Source: a virus
Virus record (IMG/VR): IMGVR_UViG_3300030012_004221
Span: 94,184 to 158,183 of that record
Length of the DNA stretch: 64,000 nucleotides
Strand: one strand, 5' to 3'
Shown here piece after piece: positions 19,437 to 29,605 of the stretch; position 1 is the stretch's first letter; each line of letters starts with the position of its first letter. Made by a program: the position numbers and the translations under genes. A model generated the notes under the pieces. The model ran no database searches. It saw nothing but the letters and a program-made list of their open reading frames with translations, and was not told where the DNA came from.

Positions 19437-22358
19437 TTATGCTGTTTCTGGGGCTCTAAATATTAAAATATCCCAATTATTACTTTTTCTTCCTTTATAA
19501 ACCATATCAGTGTTATAATTAGTCTGTGTTGAAGTTGACCATCCTGATGAGTTAATATTTCCTACATAAATTTGGGCATGTCCATATACATAATGTGAGT
19601 TACTTCCTGCTGTTGGTTTATCATTAGCATAATAAACTACTACATCACCATAACCCCAAGTTGTAGTAGCTACTGTATCTATACATTCTTTACGTGTTAT
19701 ACCAGTAGATATTGATTTTACATAACCTAACTTTGTTAAATTATTATAAAATTCATTATTTTGATTAGCATTACCCCCAGCTGCTAATTTACTTCCTATA
19801 TCAGCTTGTTCATTAGATAAAAATTTAGTATATGCTCTTGCTAAATTATAAGTCCATTGAGCACACATACCACTAACAGCTCCATCCCTTTGAAATACTG
19901 CATTGTAAGCATTTTGCATAGCATTAAATCTTTCAATTGCTTCTGGGTTTAAAGACTCTGGTGGTTCTGATACTGATCTTGGTGGTAATGGTTTTGATGA
20001 ACCAGCTGAGTAATTTTGTTGTGTTACTACTGATTTTTGTTGTGCTGGTCTTTTTGGAGAACCTAATGATTTATTTGCTGGAACTGATAAGGTTTCTAAT
20101 TTAGTCATCCATTCAGTAGCATTAATACTTTGATTTACTGAAGTTACTTGTAAATCAACACTATCTCCTTGGTATGAAGGTGGTAAAATATCTTCAGTTA
20201 TTAAAAACTTTTGAAATAATTTAATACCAGATATACCATCCATATCTAAACTTAAATTAAATGGTAAAAAGAATGGTGATGCTAATTGAGCTGCTTCTTC
20301 TGCTGTAGCATCTGTTAATATACCTAATAATAAGTCAGCATGTGTAGCATTATGTGATACTAATGATGCACAATTTTCATTTACAAAATTTAAATTTGAA
20401 TATATTCCTTCAAATAAAGTAATTCCATCTCCTATAATATGATTTTCAAAATTTTCTTTAGCCTGATCCTGTGGAGATTTTTCTTCTCCTCCTGTTTCTT
20501 TATTTGATGGGGATGAAACCTTTTCAGGTATAATTCTATCTTTTAATCCAGCATTATAATTTGAAAAAGCTGTTGCATTTCCTGATACTTGATTTGAATT
20601 AGCTTGAGCTCCTATTGAGATCATAGTAGCAAAATCATTAGATAAATCAGCTGTTAAATTAATATTTTTAATAAAACTACCATCAACTCCTGGTTTAACT
20701 CCAAACACATTAAATCTTGTAAATTCTCCATTAGGTGGAGGGTTTGTAAATCTTTGAGGTATATCTTCTATAAATCTTATTTTTAAACCATCATCTGATA
20801 GCCTACAGGTTAATTTATTAACCCCACCTAAAGCTTCAATTATACCTTTATTTAAACTTTGTAAATAATCAATTAATTTAATATTACCATCATCATCTGT
20901 AGTCATAGAATTTAAAGTTCCTCCTATATAATTAATATTTACCATTAAATTAGATAATCTTGCTAAATAAATATTATTTTTATATGAATAACTAGTTTGT
21001 TTTAATACGTCATTTAAAGGATAACTAGGTATTTCTATAGATGGTGATGCTGCATTTGAATAAGGTATTAAACATATTCTAGGATCACCTGAAAATTGTC
21101 CTGGAAAAGTTAATATTACATTATCATCATCATTTAAATTTTCTAAATCCATATCAAATGAGACAACTGGGGTTTTTGTTGTAGGTGTGTATAATAATAA
21201 TTTAGATTGAATAAAGGCCATTAATGCCCCATATTTCATATAAACTTGAGGAGTAACATTATCTTCATCATCTGTTGCTTCTACAGGAACTGATAAAAGT
21301 GCTCCTTCATAATTAGGGGATAATTTTTTTCCTGTTGCATCTACTAAAGCATTTATACCATAATCTAAAAGTGATGGTTCTTCAGCTTTTGATTGTTGTG
21401 CTAATTCATATATGTTAAATAATTCTTTATCTAATATTGTCTTATCTTTATTAGCAATTAATGGAGGTTGTTCATTTTCTTCTTCTTCTTCTTCACCTTC
21501 ACTTGTTTTATCTTTATTAGGATCCGTTATATTAACTTTTAAAGACTCTATAACATCACCTACTGATGTTAATTCAAGTTGACAATCATAACTACCATCT
21601 GGGTTGAATTGCCAGTTAAATTTAGTTATTTTACCATATATAGCATCATAATTTCCGTCATGTGATTCTCTTTCAGCATTAATTTTTTCGTATAATTCGT
21701 ATTGACTAACTCCCCCATTAAGTAAAGCACTCATAGGTCCAGTATAAAATTGATTCATTGATACTAGATTACCATCATTACTAAGATATTGACTCCAACC
21801 AAATTCTAATAATAATGTGTAACCAGGTCTTAAATATAATACATCAAGTAATTGGAATTGGGCTTTTGAAAAACATCTAACATTAATTACAGTTTTACTT
21901 AAAGCACCATTATTATAATAAGTTACATTAGCATCAGTTAAACCCGGCATAGGTACATATCCTCTCTCTGCTACACCTCCCCATCCATAAGCTCCACTAA
22001 ATAAATTTGATGGATCATTTAAACCTGCTTGTAAACCAGAAAATTCTGAGTTATTTGTAGCCGACACAACACCACCCTGTAGTATAAAATTTTTAGCTAG
22101 TTTATCACCAGATATTAGTTCTGATGGAACCCCAGCATTTATTAATTTTTTTAATACTGAGTTTTCTAAGTCAGCACCACCTGTTCCTTTATTTGTTAAA
22201 TTAACTGAACTTGCTAGTCTTAAAAATGGGGTTTTTGCATTGTAAAACCTAAGGAATTTTTCATCAATGTTACTATTTTGTCCTAATGCTGCTTGTCTTG
22301 TATTTATTTGATTTTTTACAAAAGTATCAAATGGTAATCCTAAAAAATTATTAGCCAT
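19437..22358 (-). CDS. Baseplate hub-like protein with C-terminal CHAP/NlpC-type cysteine peptidase domain
   Basis: Position after the LysM-like gene; C-terminal SGMCAQW...GDVVVY...YGHAQIY...W (Cys-His dyad). Confidence 0.6.
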   Translation of the reverse strand: MANNFLGLPFDTFVKNQINTRQAALGQNSNIDEKFLRFYNAKTPFLRLASSVNLTNKGTGGADLENSVLKKLINAGVPSELISGDKLAKNFILQGGVVSATNNSEFSGLQAGLNDPSNLFSGAYGWGGVAERGYVPMPGLTDANVTYYNNGALSKTVINVRCFSKAQFQLLDVLYLRPGYTLLLEFGWSQYLSNDGNLVSMNQFYTGPMSALLNGGVSQYELYEKINAERESHDGNYDAIYGKITKFNWQFNPDGSYDCQLELTSVGDVIESLKVNITDPNKDKTSEGEEEEEENEQPPLIANKDKTILDKELFNIYELAQQSKAEEPSLLDYGINALVDATGKKLSPNYEGALLSVPVEATDDEDNVTPQVYMKYGALMAFIQSKLLLYTPTTKTPVVSFDMDLENLNDDDNVILTFPGQFSGDPRICLIPYSNAASPSIEIPSYPLNDVLKQTSYSYKNNIYLARLSNLMVNINYIGGTLNSMTTDDDGNIKLIDYLQSLNKGIIEALGGVNKLTCRLSDDGLKIRFIEDIPQRFTNPPPNGEFTRFNVFGVKPGVDGSFIKNINLTADLSNDFATMISIGAQANSNQVSGNATAFSNYNAGLKDRIIPEKVSSPSNKETGGEEKSPQDQAKENFENHIIGDGITLFEGIYSNLNFVNENCASLVSHNATHADLLLGILTDATAEEAAQLASPFFLPFNLSLDMDGISGIKLFQKFLITEDILPPSYQGDSVDLQVTSVNQSINATEWMTKLETLSVPANKSLGSPKRPAQQKSVVTQQNYSAGSSKPLPPRSVSEPPESLNPEAIERFNAMQNAYNAVFQRDGAVSGMCAQWTYNLARAYTKFLSNEQADIGSKLAAGGNANQNNEFYNNLTKLGYVKSISTGITRKECIDTVATTTWGYGDVVVYYANDKPTAGSNSHYVYGHAQIYVGNINSSGWSTSTQTNYNTDMVYKGRKSNNWDILIFRAPETA

Positions 22359-22362
22359 AACA

Positions 22363-22683
22363 TTACTGATTTAATAAATTATAACTGTCTACAATTGCTT
22401 GTACATTAACTGGGATTCTAATTTGTGAACCTTCTGTTATAAATAAAGAACCCATATTTACAATATTTGGATTAGCTATTGCAATTATCCAATATAATGT
22501 AACATCTTTGTAAAATTGATTTGCTAATAAATCTAATCTATCTCCAAACTCAGTTTCAACCCAAATATCATTTTCATTTGCTGGAACTTCTGGGTATGTT
22601 ACCCCCGTATAATACTCTGTATTTAAAGTACCTACAAATTCATTTTTATTTCTTAATATTTTTATATTAGCGTATCTATTCAT
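22363..22683 (-). CDS. LysM-like baseplate protein (gp53/tail X-like)
   Basis: GDRLDLLANQFYKD.TLYWIIA.AN...G.QIRIP. Confidence 0.85.
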   Translation of the reverse strand: MNRYANIKILRNKNEFVGTLNTEYYTGVTYPEVPANENDIWVETEFGDRLDLLANQFYKDVTLYWIIAIANPNIVNMGSLFITEGSQIRIPVNVQAIVDSYNLLNQ

Positions 22684-24830
22684 TATTCTCCTAATATATC
22701 ATTTTGATTGTTATTATCTCCATCACCTGTTGCATTATACTCTCTATAAACATCTGCATAATTACCTCTAGAATTAGGTGCATTTGCCATAGCTATATAT
22801 CTACTATTTGGGTTGTTTGCGTTATTTGGTTTTTGTGGTAGGAATGTATGAATAGGAGTGAACGAAAACCCGCTTACTTTAACCATATGTGGGAGTTCTT
22901 TAACTGATGAATCAACTCCACCTTCAGCATTTATAGCTATTTCCCAAGGAGCTTCTTCTGGAACATCATAGGTTAACTGGGTTATAAATCCTGGTTGTTC
23001 ATATAAATAACCTCCTACTGTTAGTCTAACTAGATTTCCTCTCATAAATCCAGCTTGTGTATAATCTGGTGATAGGGTTGAAGCTAAATAATTTAATTTT
23101 TTATGCATTGGAATTAACTCTGCTTTTGATTGAGCAAAACAAGTAAATCCTAAACTAATTGATCTACCAAACCCTCCATAATTATATAAAGTGTCACCTC
23201 TACCTACATATTGAACTTCATTCCAACTTGCATTATATGAATCACTAAATGAATCTAAATGGGCTCTAAAATGCATATAAACTGCTTGTCTATTAGCTGC
23301 ATCATTGTCAATAGCAGCTATTCTAAACTTAACTAAATCGTTTATAGCTAATTCAGTATTAGGACCCGCACTAGTGTACATAGGTTGAGCTGTAATTTTA
23401 TCTAACGCCTCTAATTCATTAGCAGCAATACCATAATCCCAAACATTTTTAATAAATCCTTGTTCTGTACCTGTATTAGACTTTCCTGGTTGGCCCATAT
23501 TCAGTCTTCTATCTATATTTTTAGTTCTGTAATCTGGTGATAAAGATAAAATTGTTGATCTTTGATTACCTCCTGTTCCATCTGCGTTTTTAGCTGCTGC
23601 ACTTCCTTCATTTGGACCTGTGTATAATTCTTTTCTAAAGTCTTGAGGATAAAGGATTGGTTCTCCTTTACTTACGTTTTCTTTATCTTGTAATTGATTT
23701 AAATTATATGTAAGAGATCTAAAACCACCAAAACCTACTAAATCACCATCATATAAAACTTTAGGATCAGTTAATAATTCATCACCGGTATCAAACTCAT
23801 AACCAAATACAGCATTATTATTAGTTTGAATTAATCTTATTCCACCTGAACCTGCATATGATGGTTGCCCAACAGTTGAAATATAATCCCCACCTACTGA
23901 ATTTTGAAGCATTATTTTTCCTAATGCTGATGTTTGATTTAAACCCAAAGATGTTAAAAATTTATCTGTTGCATTTAAAGAATTAACACTTAAAGGAGTT
24001 AAACCTAAATTAGTTAAATCATCAGTAACATTTGCCGTATAACTTTGATAACCTACTTGATATGCTTTATTTAAAATTCCTGATCCTTTTCTATTTGCTG
24101 CTCCTGTTCTTTGGTCTGCAAATTTAATATTTGTTTTTCCTATTCCTAGTATAGACCCTGGACCGCCACTATAAGCATATATATTTTGATCATTTTTAGT
24201 ACCTACTTCAATTGCTCTATCATTAAAAATAACTAATCTATTATTTTTTCCACCATCATTTTCATCATTAAACTTAGCTGTAGCTGCTGTGTATGTTTTT
24301 ATTCCTAAATCTCCATCAAATAATGATCCTTCTACAACCCCACTTATAGGTGAAAATGGATCCACACCAAAAAGATTAGGATGAACACCTAATCCATTAC
24401 CTAAAGCAGCTGCCAAAGTACTTATAGGAGTATAAATACCTTGATTTACATTACCCCCACCTTTAATTACTTTACCTGATTCATTTGTACTAAAGACAAA
24501 AGGAGAAGCACCGCCATAACCTATACCAAAAGATGCTGGTGTTTTAACTGATGTTCTAGATAATAAGTTTTGTTTTGCTATAAATTTTATCCCTGAAGCC
24601 CCATCTATCATGTACTTCCCTAATCTAGCTACATCATCTACTGCATTAGATACAGATTTTAGCCCTCCTCTAATTATAAAGTCAGGGCCTGACCTTACTG
24701 GAAGATCATCATTACTTAACCCTTCAGGAATATCTTTAGTAATGTAAGGTTGTTTACTATCACCTCCACCACGTTGATCTCTCCCAAAAGACAAAGATTT
24801 TAAATCTGTCTGGAAATTAATTAGAGGCAT
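22683..24830 (-). CDS. Baseplate / tail-tube initiator-like protein
   Basis: C-terminal tube-like domain (FRAHLDSFSD...YVGRG...Y.GFGRSISLGF...LTVG...PWEI); located between the tape measure and LysM-like genes. Confidence 0.6.
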   Translation of the reverse strand: MPLINFQTDLKSLSFGRDQRGGGDSKQPYITKDIPEGLSNDDLPVRSGPDFIIRGGLKSVSNAVDDVARLGKYMIDGASGIKFIAKQNLLSRTSVKTPASFGIGYGGASPFVFSTNESGKVIKGGGNVNQGIYTPISTLAAALGNGLGVHPNLFGVDPFSPISGVVEGSLFDGDLGIKTYTAATAKFNDENDGGKNNRLVIFNDRAIEVGTKNDQNIYAYSGGPGSILGIGKTNIKFADQRTGAANRKGSGILNKAYQVGYQSYTANVTDDLTNLGLTPLSVNSLNATDKFLTSLGLNQTSALGKIMLQNSVGGDYISTVGQPSYAGSGGIRLIQTNNNAVFGYEFDTGDELLTDPKVLYDGDLVGFGGFRSLTYNLNQLQDKENVSKGEPILYPQDFRKELYTGPNEGSAAAKNADGTGGNQRSTILSLSPDYRTKNIDRRLNMGQPGKSNTGTEQGFIKNVWDYGIAANELEALDKITAQPMYTSAGPNTELAINDLVKFRIAAIDNDAANRQAVYMHFRAHLDSFSDSYNASWNEVQYVGRGDTLYNYGGFGRSISLGFTCFAQSKAELIPMHKKLNYLASTLSPDYTQAGFMRGNLVRLTVGGYLYEQPGFITQLTYDVPEEAPWEIAINAEGGVDSSVKELPHMVKVSGFSFTPIHTFLPQKPNNANNPNSRYIAMANAPNSRGNYADVYREYNATGDGDNNNQNDILGE

Positions 24831-24840
24831 ACCTTATTAT

Positions 24841-25137
24841 TTAAAATGCTGCTCCTTCAGGTGTATTATTTCTAAACCTATTTACTGGTTCTTGATAAGC
24901 TCTTGATGCTTCACCTAATTGTGAAACACTAGGAACAGTGTAAGCAATAGCTGCTGCCCCAAAATTATCATAAGCTTGATTAGGTGTACTAGGATCTCCT
25001 TGATTTGAATATTTGTAATGAAGATCTGAATTCATTATCTCACTAACACTAGCTTCTGGTTGTGGGTCAGCTGGTGATACAGGATAACCTAAAGGTGAAC
25101 CATTAGTATCAAATTTTTTTCTTATTGAATCTGCCAT
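24841..25137 (-). CDS. Hypothetical tail-region protein
   Basis: ORF track; late motif upstream. Confidence 0.65.
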   Translation of the reverse strand: MADSIRKKFDTNGSPLGYPVSPADPQPEASVSEIMNSDLHYKYSNQGDPSTPNQAYDNFGAAAIAYTVPSVSQLGEASRAYQEPVNRFRNNTPEGAAF

Positions 25138-25171
25138 AATTTTAAATTATTTAATTGTTTTATTATAAATA

Positions 25172-27883
25172 TTAACCTATTTTAGAAGTTGCCAAAGCCA
25201 TTGACTTACCTGCTTTAGCACCATCAATATACACATCACCACCTTTTTCAATGGCTAATCTTATTGCTTTAAGTTCTGATATTATTTCAGCATTACCTAT
25301 TTCTTCTTCACCACCTCCAAATAATCCTCCAATAGCACTACCAATTCCACCTACTACTGAACCTATTCCACTTGCAACACCTAAAGGATCTGCAACTGAA
25401 GCTATACTTGGTAACATATCAGCTAATTTACTTAATGGCATAACTACTTCATCTTCACCACCTTCACCAATTATAGCTGGTGTACCTCCTGCTTTGGCAG
25501 AAATAATTCCTCCTTCTGCTAAACCAACTGCTCCAGTAACTAAACCTGCTAAATCAGGAGATTCAACATTTGGAATATCTACTAATGGGATTGTATTTAG
25601 TCCATCAATAATTAAATTAATAGCTCCCATTACTAAATCAGTTAATACTTGGAAAGGTGCTAATAGTAATCCAATAGCTCCACTAGCAATCATTTTAAAT
25701 CCTTCTTGAAAATCACCTTGGAATATTTTGATAAAACCTCCAAATATACTCATCATACTTTGTACATTTTCTATTATTAGTCTAATTGCGGCTTGCATTG
25801 GAAGTAAACCAATAGATATAATACTACCTAAAATACTTCCTATACTACTAAATATACTACCCATTTCCGTTCCTTCAGGTAATATTTCACTAATCATTTC
25901 ACCTATTTGTTTGAAAAGATCCATTATCAACATAGTAGGTTGAAGTAAAGTTTTCATAATTGGAGCTAGTAATCCACCAAGTAAATCACCAAGTCCTTTA
26001 ACTATAGGCATCATTGGTTTTAATGTGTCTTCAAGTACTGTCATTAACAAATCAACAATAGGCATTAAAGGCTCTAATATCATTACAAATAAACCTTGAA
26101 GTTTTTCAGTAACTGCAGCTAACCTTTCTGTAGCACTTTGAGACTCCATTTGAGCTAAAACTCCAGCTTCTGCTAATTCTTTTTTCTTTTCTTCTGTTAA
26201 TAAACCTGCTGCTTGTAATCTATTAAATTCTGCTTGAGCTTCACTTGCTGTTTTAATATCACCCCCAAATGCTTTTTGCATAGCTGCAACTTTTTCTTGC
26301 TCTACTAACATTCCAGCCATGTCTTCTCTTGACATACCAAATGCTTTAGCTAATGCTTCTTGTTGAATAACATTCATTTCACCAAATTCAGCTGCTGTCC
26401 CTACTTCTTTTCTTATTTCTTGGGCTAGTCGAGCTTGATCACCTGCTAATGCTGCTGCTCTAGCATTTTCTAAATTAAGTTGTTTACCTGTTAATAACTC
26501 AGCTTCCATTTCAGCTGCTATTGAAGATTCAAATTCTAATAAACTACCCTGAACACCTTCTAATTGTGCAGCACTAATTCCAAGCATTTTTTGTTGAAAT
26601 ACTTGATTAGCCATTTCTTTAGTGTTCATTCTATTTGATAAAAGTTGGGCTTTAGACATTTCCCCAATTCCTTCTTGAATATCTTTAGCATTAAAAGAAA
26701 CTTTATTTTGGGCATTTAATTCTTGGGTTACTGCTGTTGCACTGATAAGTTGGTCTTTAATGGTTTTACCACCTATCATAGCTCCTTCAGCAAATTTTTT
26801 CATTGCTCCTTCTGATAATCCAGTTCTTTCAGATACTGAAGCAAATTCAGCTGCTATATCACCAGCAAATTTAGCAGATGTACCAAATATTTTATTTAGT
26901 TGCATCTGGGATTTTACTATATCTTGACCTGAGACAGCTATGTCATCAAAGTCCATAGCTACTTCATTAGACTCAAAAACTAATGCTTGTCCTTCTTTTG
27001 CAGATATACCTAAATTTTTAGCAACTTCACCTGATTGTTGATCAACCATTTTAAATGCCTTAACAATCTGATCAATAGCTAATGCTATTAAAGCATAAGG
27101 TCCTAAAGATTTCATTAGGTTTTTACCTAAACCCTGAGCTAAATGGTTCATTGCCTGCATTTTAGAGACATTTCCACCACTAGCTTTAACCATTGCTCTA
27201 GTATCTTTTAGAGCATCTCCAATTCCTAGTCTATCACCTATACCTGAGGGTAAAACTTTATTCAAACCATCAGCAGAAGCCCCAATGAGACCCATTTGTT
27301 TTTCTACTTTTATTTCTTCCTCAACTACATCTTCTAAATTCTTAGTAATTTGGCCATATAAACCATCAGTTCTATTTAAAGCACCTTGTATATTATCTAA
27401 AGCAGCTTGTTCTTTTTTATTTAATCCTTCTAAGGCTGCCTTATTTTGTAATAAAGTTTTTGATAATTCTAAATTTTTCTTTTCTGCTAATACTTTATTT
27501 TGAAGAGCTACTAAGTCTCGTGAATTAGCTTCTTTTAAACCCGATTGAATATCAACTAAATCTCCAGTTAATGAAGTTAAATTATTAGCTGCTTTAACAG
27601 CCATTTTATACCCTAAGTTATAGTTTTGGATTTCGTCATTTACAGCTCCAATTGCTCCAAATAACTCTTTAGTTTCAGCTTCTAAATCTCTAGTAGCTTG
27701 TGTAGATTCTTCAATTGATTGGTTGATATCATCATAGATATCCTGAATTTGTTTTAAGTCAGCTATAGAAGTTTCAAAAGTGGGCTCTGGAAACCTAATA
27801 GCTTTCCCCATTTTTGCGTATTCCGCATTAATCTCCTGGACGAGTTTTTTAGCCCTTTCTAAATCTTTGTTGTTTAGTGCCAT
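25172..27883 (-). CDS. Tape measure protein
   Basis: 903 aa, helical and Ala/Glu/Gln-rich, with a hydrophobic Gly-rich C-terminal part; follows the tube and chaperone genes. Confidence 0.85.
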   Translation of the reverse strand: MALNNKDLERAKKLVQEINAEYAKMGKAIRFPEPTFETSIADLKQIQDIYDDINQSIEESTQATRDLEAETKELFGAIGAVNDEIQNYNLGYKMAVKAANNLTSLTGDLVDIQSGLKEANSRDLVALQNKVLAEKKNLELSKTLLQNKAALEGLNKKEQAALDNIQGALNRTDGLYGQITKNLEDVVEEEIKVEKQMGLIGASADGLNKVLPSGIGDRLGIGDALKDTRAMVKASGGNVSKMQAMNHLAQGLGKNLMKSLGPYALIALAIDQIVKAFKMVDQQSGEVAKNLGISAKEGQALVFESNEVAMDFDDIAVSGQDIVKSQMQLNKIFGTSAKFAGDIAAEFASVSERTGLSEGAMKKFAEGAMIGGKTIKDQLISATAVTQELNAQNKVSFNAKDIQEGIGEMSKAQLLSNRMNTKEMANQVFQQKMLGISAAQLEGVQGSLLEFESSIAAEMEAELLTGKQLNLENARAAALAGDQARLAQEIRKEVGTAAEFGEMNVIQQEALAKAFGMSREDMAGMLVEQEKVAAMQKAFGGDIKTASEAQAEFNRLQAAGLLTEEKKKELAEAGVLAQMESQSATERLAAVTEKLQGLFVMILEPLMPIVDLLMTVLEDTLKPMMPIVKGLGDLLGGLLAPIMKTLLQPTMLIMDLFKQIGEMISEILPEGTEMGSIFSSIGSILGSIISIGLLPMQAAIRLIIENVQSMMSIFGGFIKIFQGDFQEGFKMIASGAIGLLLAPFQVLTDLVMGAINLIIDGLNTIPLVDIPNVESPDLAGLVTGAVGLAEGGIISAKAGGTPAIIGEGGEDEVVMPLSKLADMLPSIASVADPLGVASGIGSVVGGIGSAIGGLFGGGEEEIGNAEIISELKAIRLAIEKGGDVYIDGAKAGKSMALATSKIG

Positions 27884-27922
27884 CTTTACCTGACTATATT
27901 TTGGTATAAATATCGAAAGGCA

Positions 27923-28241
27923 TCATTTTTTTGATGCCTTTGATACATAGTTAGGTGTTGATTTTAAAGATTTATTGGTTGGAGGGTTAAATGCTTGTTT
28001 TGGTATTTTTGATTTATCAGGATTTGCTAAATCAATATTAGTCCCCTTTCCTTTCATTTTACCCTTCATGGCTTCAGCCTCTTGCTTTTTAATATCACTA
28101 ATTTGTTGGAAAGTAAATTTACGTAACCAAAGAGGCATATTATAGACGGTATGAAAGTCATACCCACCACCACCAAAATAGACTATTTCGTTAATTTGTT
28201 TAAATAACGATACTCTAAACTGTGGCGTCAGGCCAAAAAAA
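27923..28241 (-). CDS. Frameshift-accessed C-terminal extension of the tail assembly chaperone (gp51/gpT-like)
   Basis: The frame is open from the T7 run: FFGLTPQFRVSLFKQINEIVYFGGGGYDFHTVYNMPLWLRKF. There is no ATG before 28138. Confidence 0.65.
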
Positions 28242-28961
28242 GTTGACGGTCATCGGGAGGGTTGCTTCCTCCTGTATGCCGTCGCTACTCTCAAAATTAA
28301 ACTTTAAATCTACATCCGGTTGGAATGCTTTTATGTGTTCTCTTAATGCTCTTGAATCTCTTGCTAAAAAGTAATTATCTACAAATTCACGTATTGATTT
28401 TTTATCTTCTTGGCCATCAACTGATAAAATTGTGTGTTTTAGACGTGTTGATAATTCTGGATTACTATTTTTATTTAATTTTTGTAAACCTTTTATTTCT
28501 TGTCTAATTGCTTTATCTTCTTTACCAGTAGCTAATTTAAATTCTATTCTAGTCCCATTTGTAGGTAATGTAAATTCAAATCTATTTACGTGTTTTTCCA
28601 ATAATTCACTTTCATTTATTTCTCTAGACTCTAATGTAGTTAAATCTATTGTTACTTCTTCACCTTTATATTGAAAAGTGTAATCAGCCCCATATCCTAA
28701 AACTCTAGCTGCTATCATAATTGCATTTTTATCACCTACTACTAGATCTTCATAGTTAATTTTAGACACAATTAATGATTTTAGTAATTTATCAATTACA
28801 ATCCCTTGTTTAATATAGTTTTGATTGGTTAATATATCTTCTTCTTTAGCTGTCATGTATTTCATTTCAACCTTACCTGAAGATAATGGATTGTCTTTTG
28901 GGTAAACTAATCCTTTTGATGGTAAATCTACTTGTTCAGTAGGAAATTTAAAATCTGCCAT
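28215..28961 (-). CDS. Tail/baseplate-hub assembly chaperone (gp26-like)
   Basis: V.LPSKG..Y, M.YMTAKEEDIL, D...I.I.AR...YG; ends FFWP; located between tube and tape measure. Confidence 0.8.
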   Translation of the reverse strand: MADFKFPTEQVDLPSKGLVYPKDNPLSSGKVEMKYMTAKEEDILTNQNYIKQGIVIDKLLKSLIVSKINYEDLVVGDKNAIMIAARVLGYGADYTFQYKGEEVTIDLTTLESREINESELLEKHVNRFEFTLPTNGTRIEFKLATGKEDKAIRQEIKGLQKLNKNSNPELSTRLKHTILSVDGQEDKKSIREFVDNYFLARDSRALREHIKAFQPDVDLKFNFESSDGIQEEATLPMTVNFFWPDATV

Positions 28962-29010
28962 ATAAATTTTATTTAGTTATAACTTAATTTCATGTATACA
29001 TATATAATAT

Positions 29011-29036
29011 AAAAAAAAGCTTGACCGAAGCCAAGC
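29011..29036 (-). terminator. Rho-independent terminator after the tail tube gene
   Basis: AGCUUGGC-UUCG-GUCAAGCU followed by a long U-run. Confidence 0.85.
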
Positions 29037-29062
29037 TATTTTTAAAAATATATAATTTCTTT

Positions 29063-29551
29063 TTAGAAATTTAATACGCAGTAATCCATTCCGATTGTTA
29101 AATCAATGTTTTGAGCTTCACCATCAGTATCCCAATTCATATCAGCAAATGAAGCATCTTTAATAAATGCACCTTTTATAATCCATTCTGATACTACATC
29201 ACCTACTGGTCCTAATACATCAATTGTTAAATCTTTCTTATAGAAATCAGAATATCCAGCTCTACCTGTTACTGATTCATAATGTAATCTAACCCATTCC
29301 ATTACTGCCTGAGCACCTGAAGGAGTAATTGGATCAAATAATTGCATTGTGATGTCATTCCATCTCAATTTACCTTTTACTTTTCTATAAGTGTTAATAT
29401 GGTTTAGTACAATTTCGTCTTGTGCAAATCCAATTCCACTTACACCTTTAATTATATAAGTTGGAAATCCGTCAACATACATTACAAACCTATTTGCTAC
29501 TTTGGGCTCAAAAGCTGTGAAAAATATTTCGTTTGGGTCTAATACTGCCAT
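29063..29551 (-). CDS. Tail tube protein (gp19-like)
   Basis: EPKVANRF, G.L.W..IT..L.D, V.EW, YKKD, W..KGAF; follows the sheath gene. Confidence 0.9.
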   Translation of the reverse strand: MAVLDPNEIFFTAFEPKVANRFVMYVDGFPTYIIKGVSGIGFAQDEIVLNHINTYRKVKGKLRWNDITMQLFDPITPSGAQAVMEWVRLHYESVTGRAGYSDFYKKDLTIDVLGPVGDVVSEWIIKGAFIKDASFADMNWDTDGEAQNIDLTIGMDYCVLNF

Positions 29552-29605
29552 TTTATGTTTTGTTTAAATTTTTTATTCAATTATAAATATTACGTTTTTA
29601 AATTC

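Noticed and set aside
29006-29034. Extra copy of the TTGG-N18-TTATATT promoter before the chaperone gene
   Set aside because: Its TTGG lies in the stem of the UUCG terminator, so it may be coincidental and was not counted.
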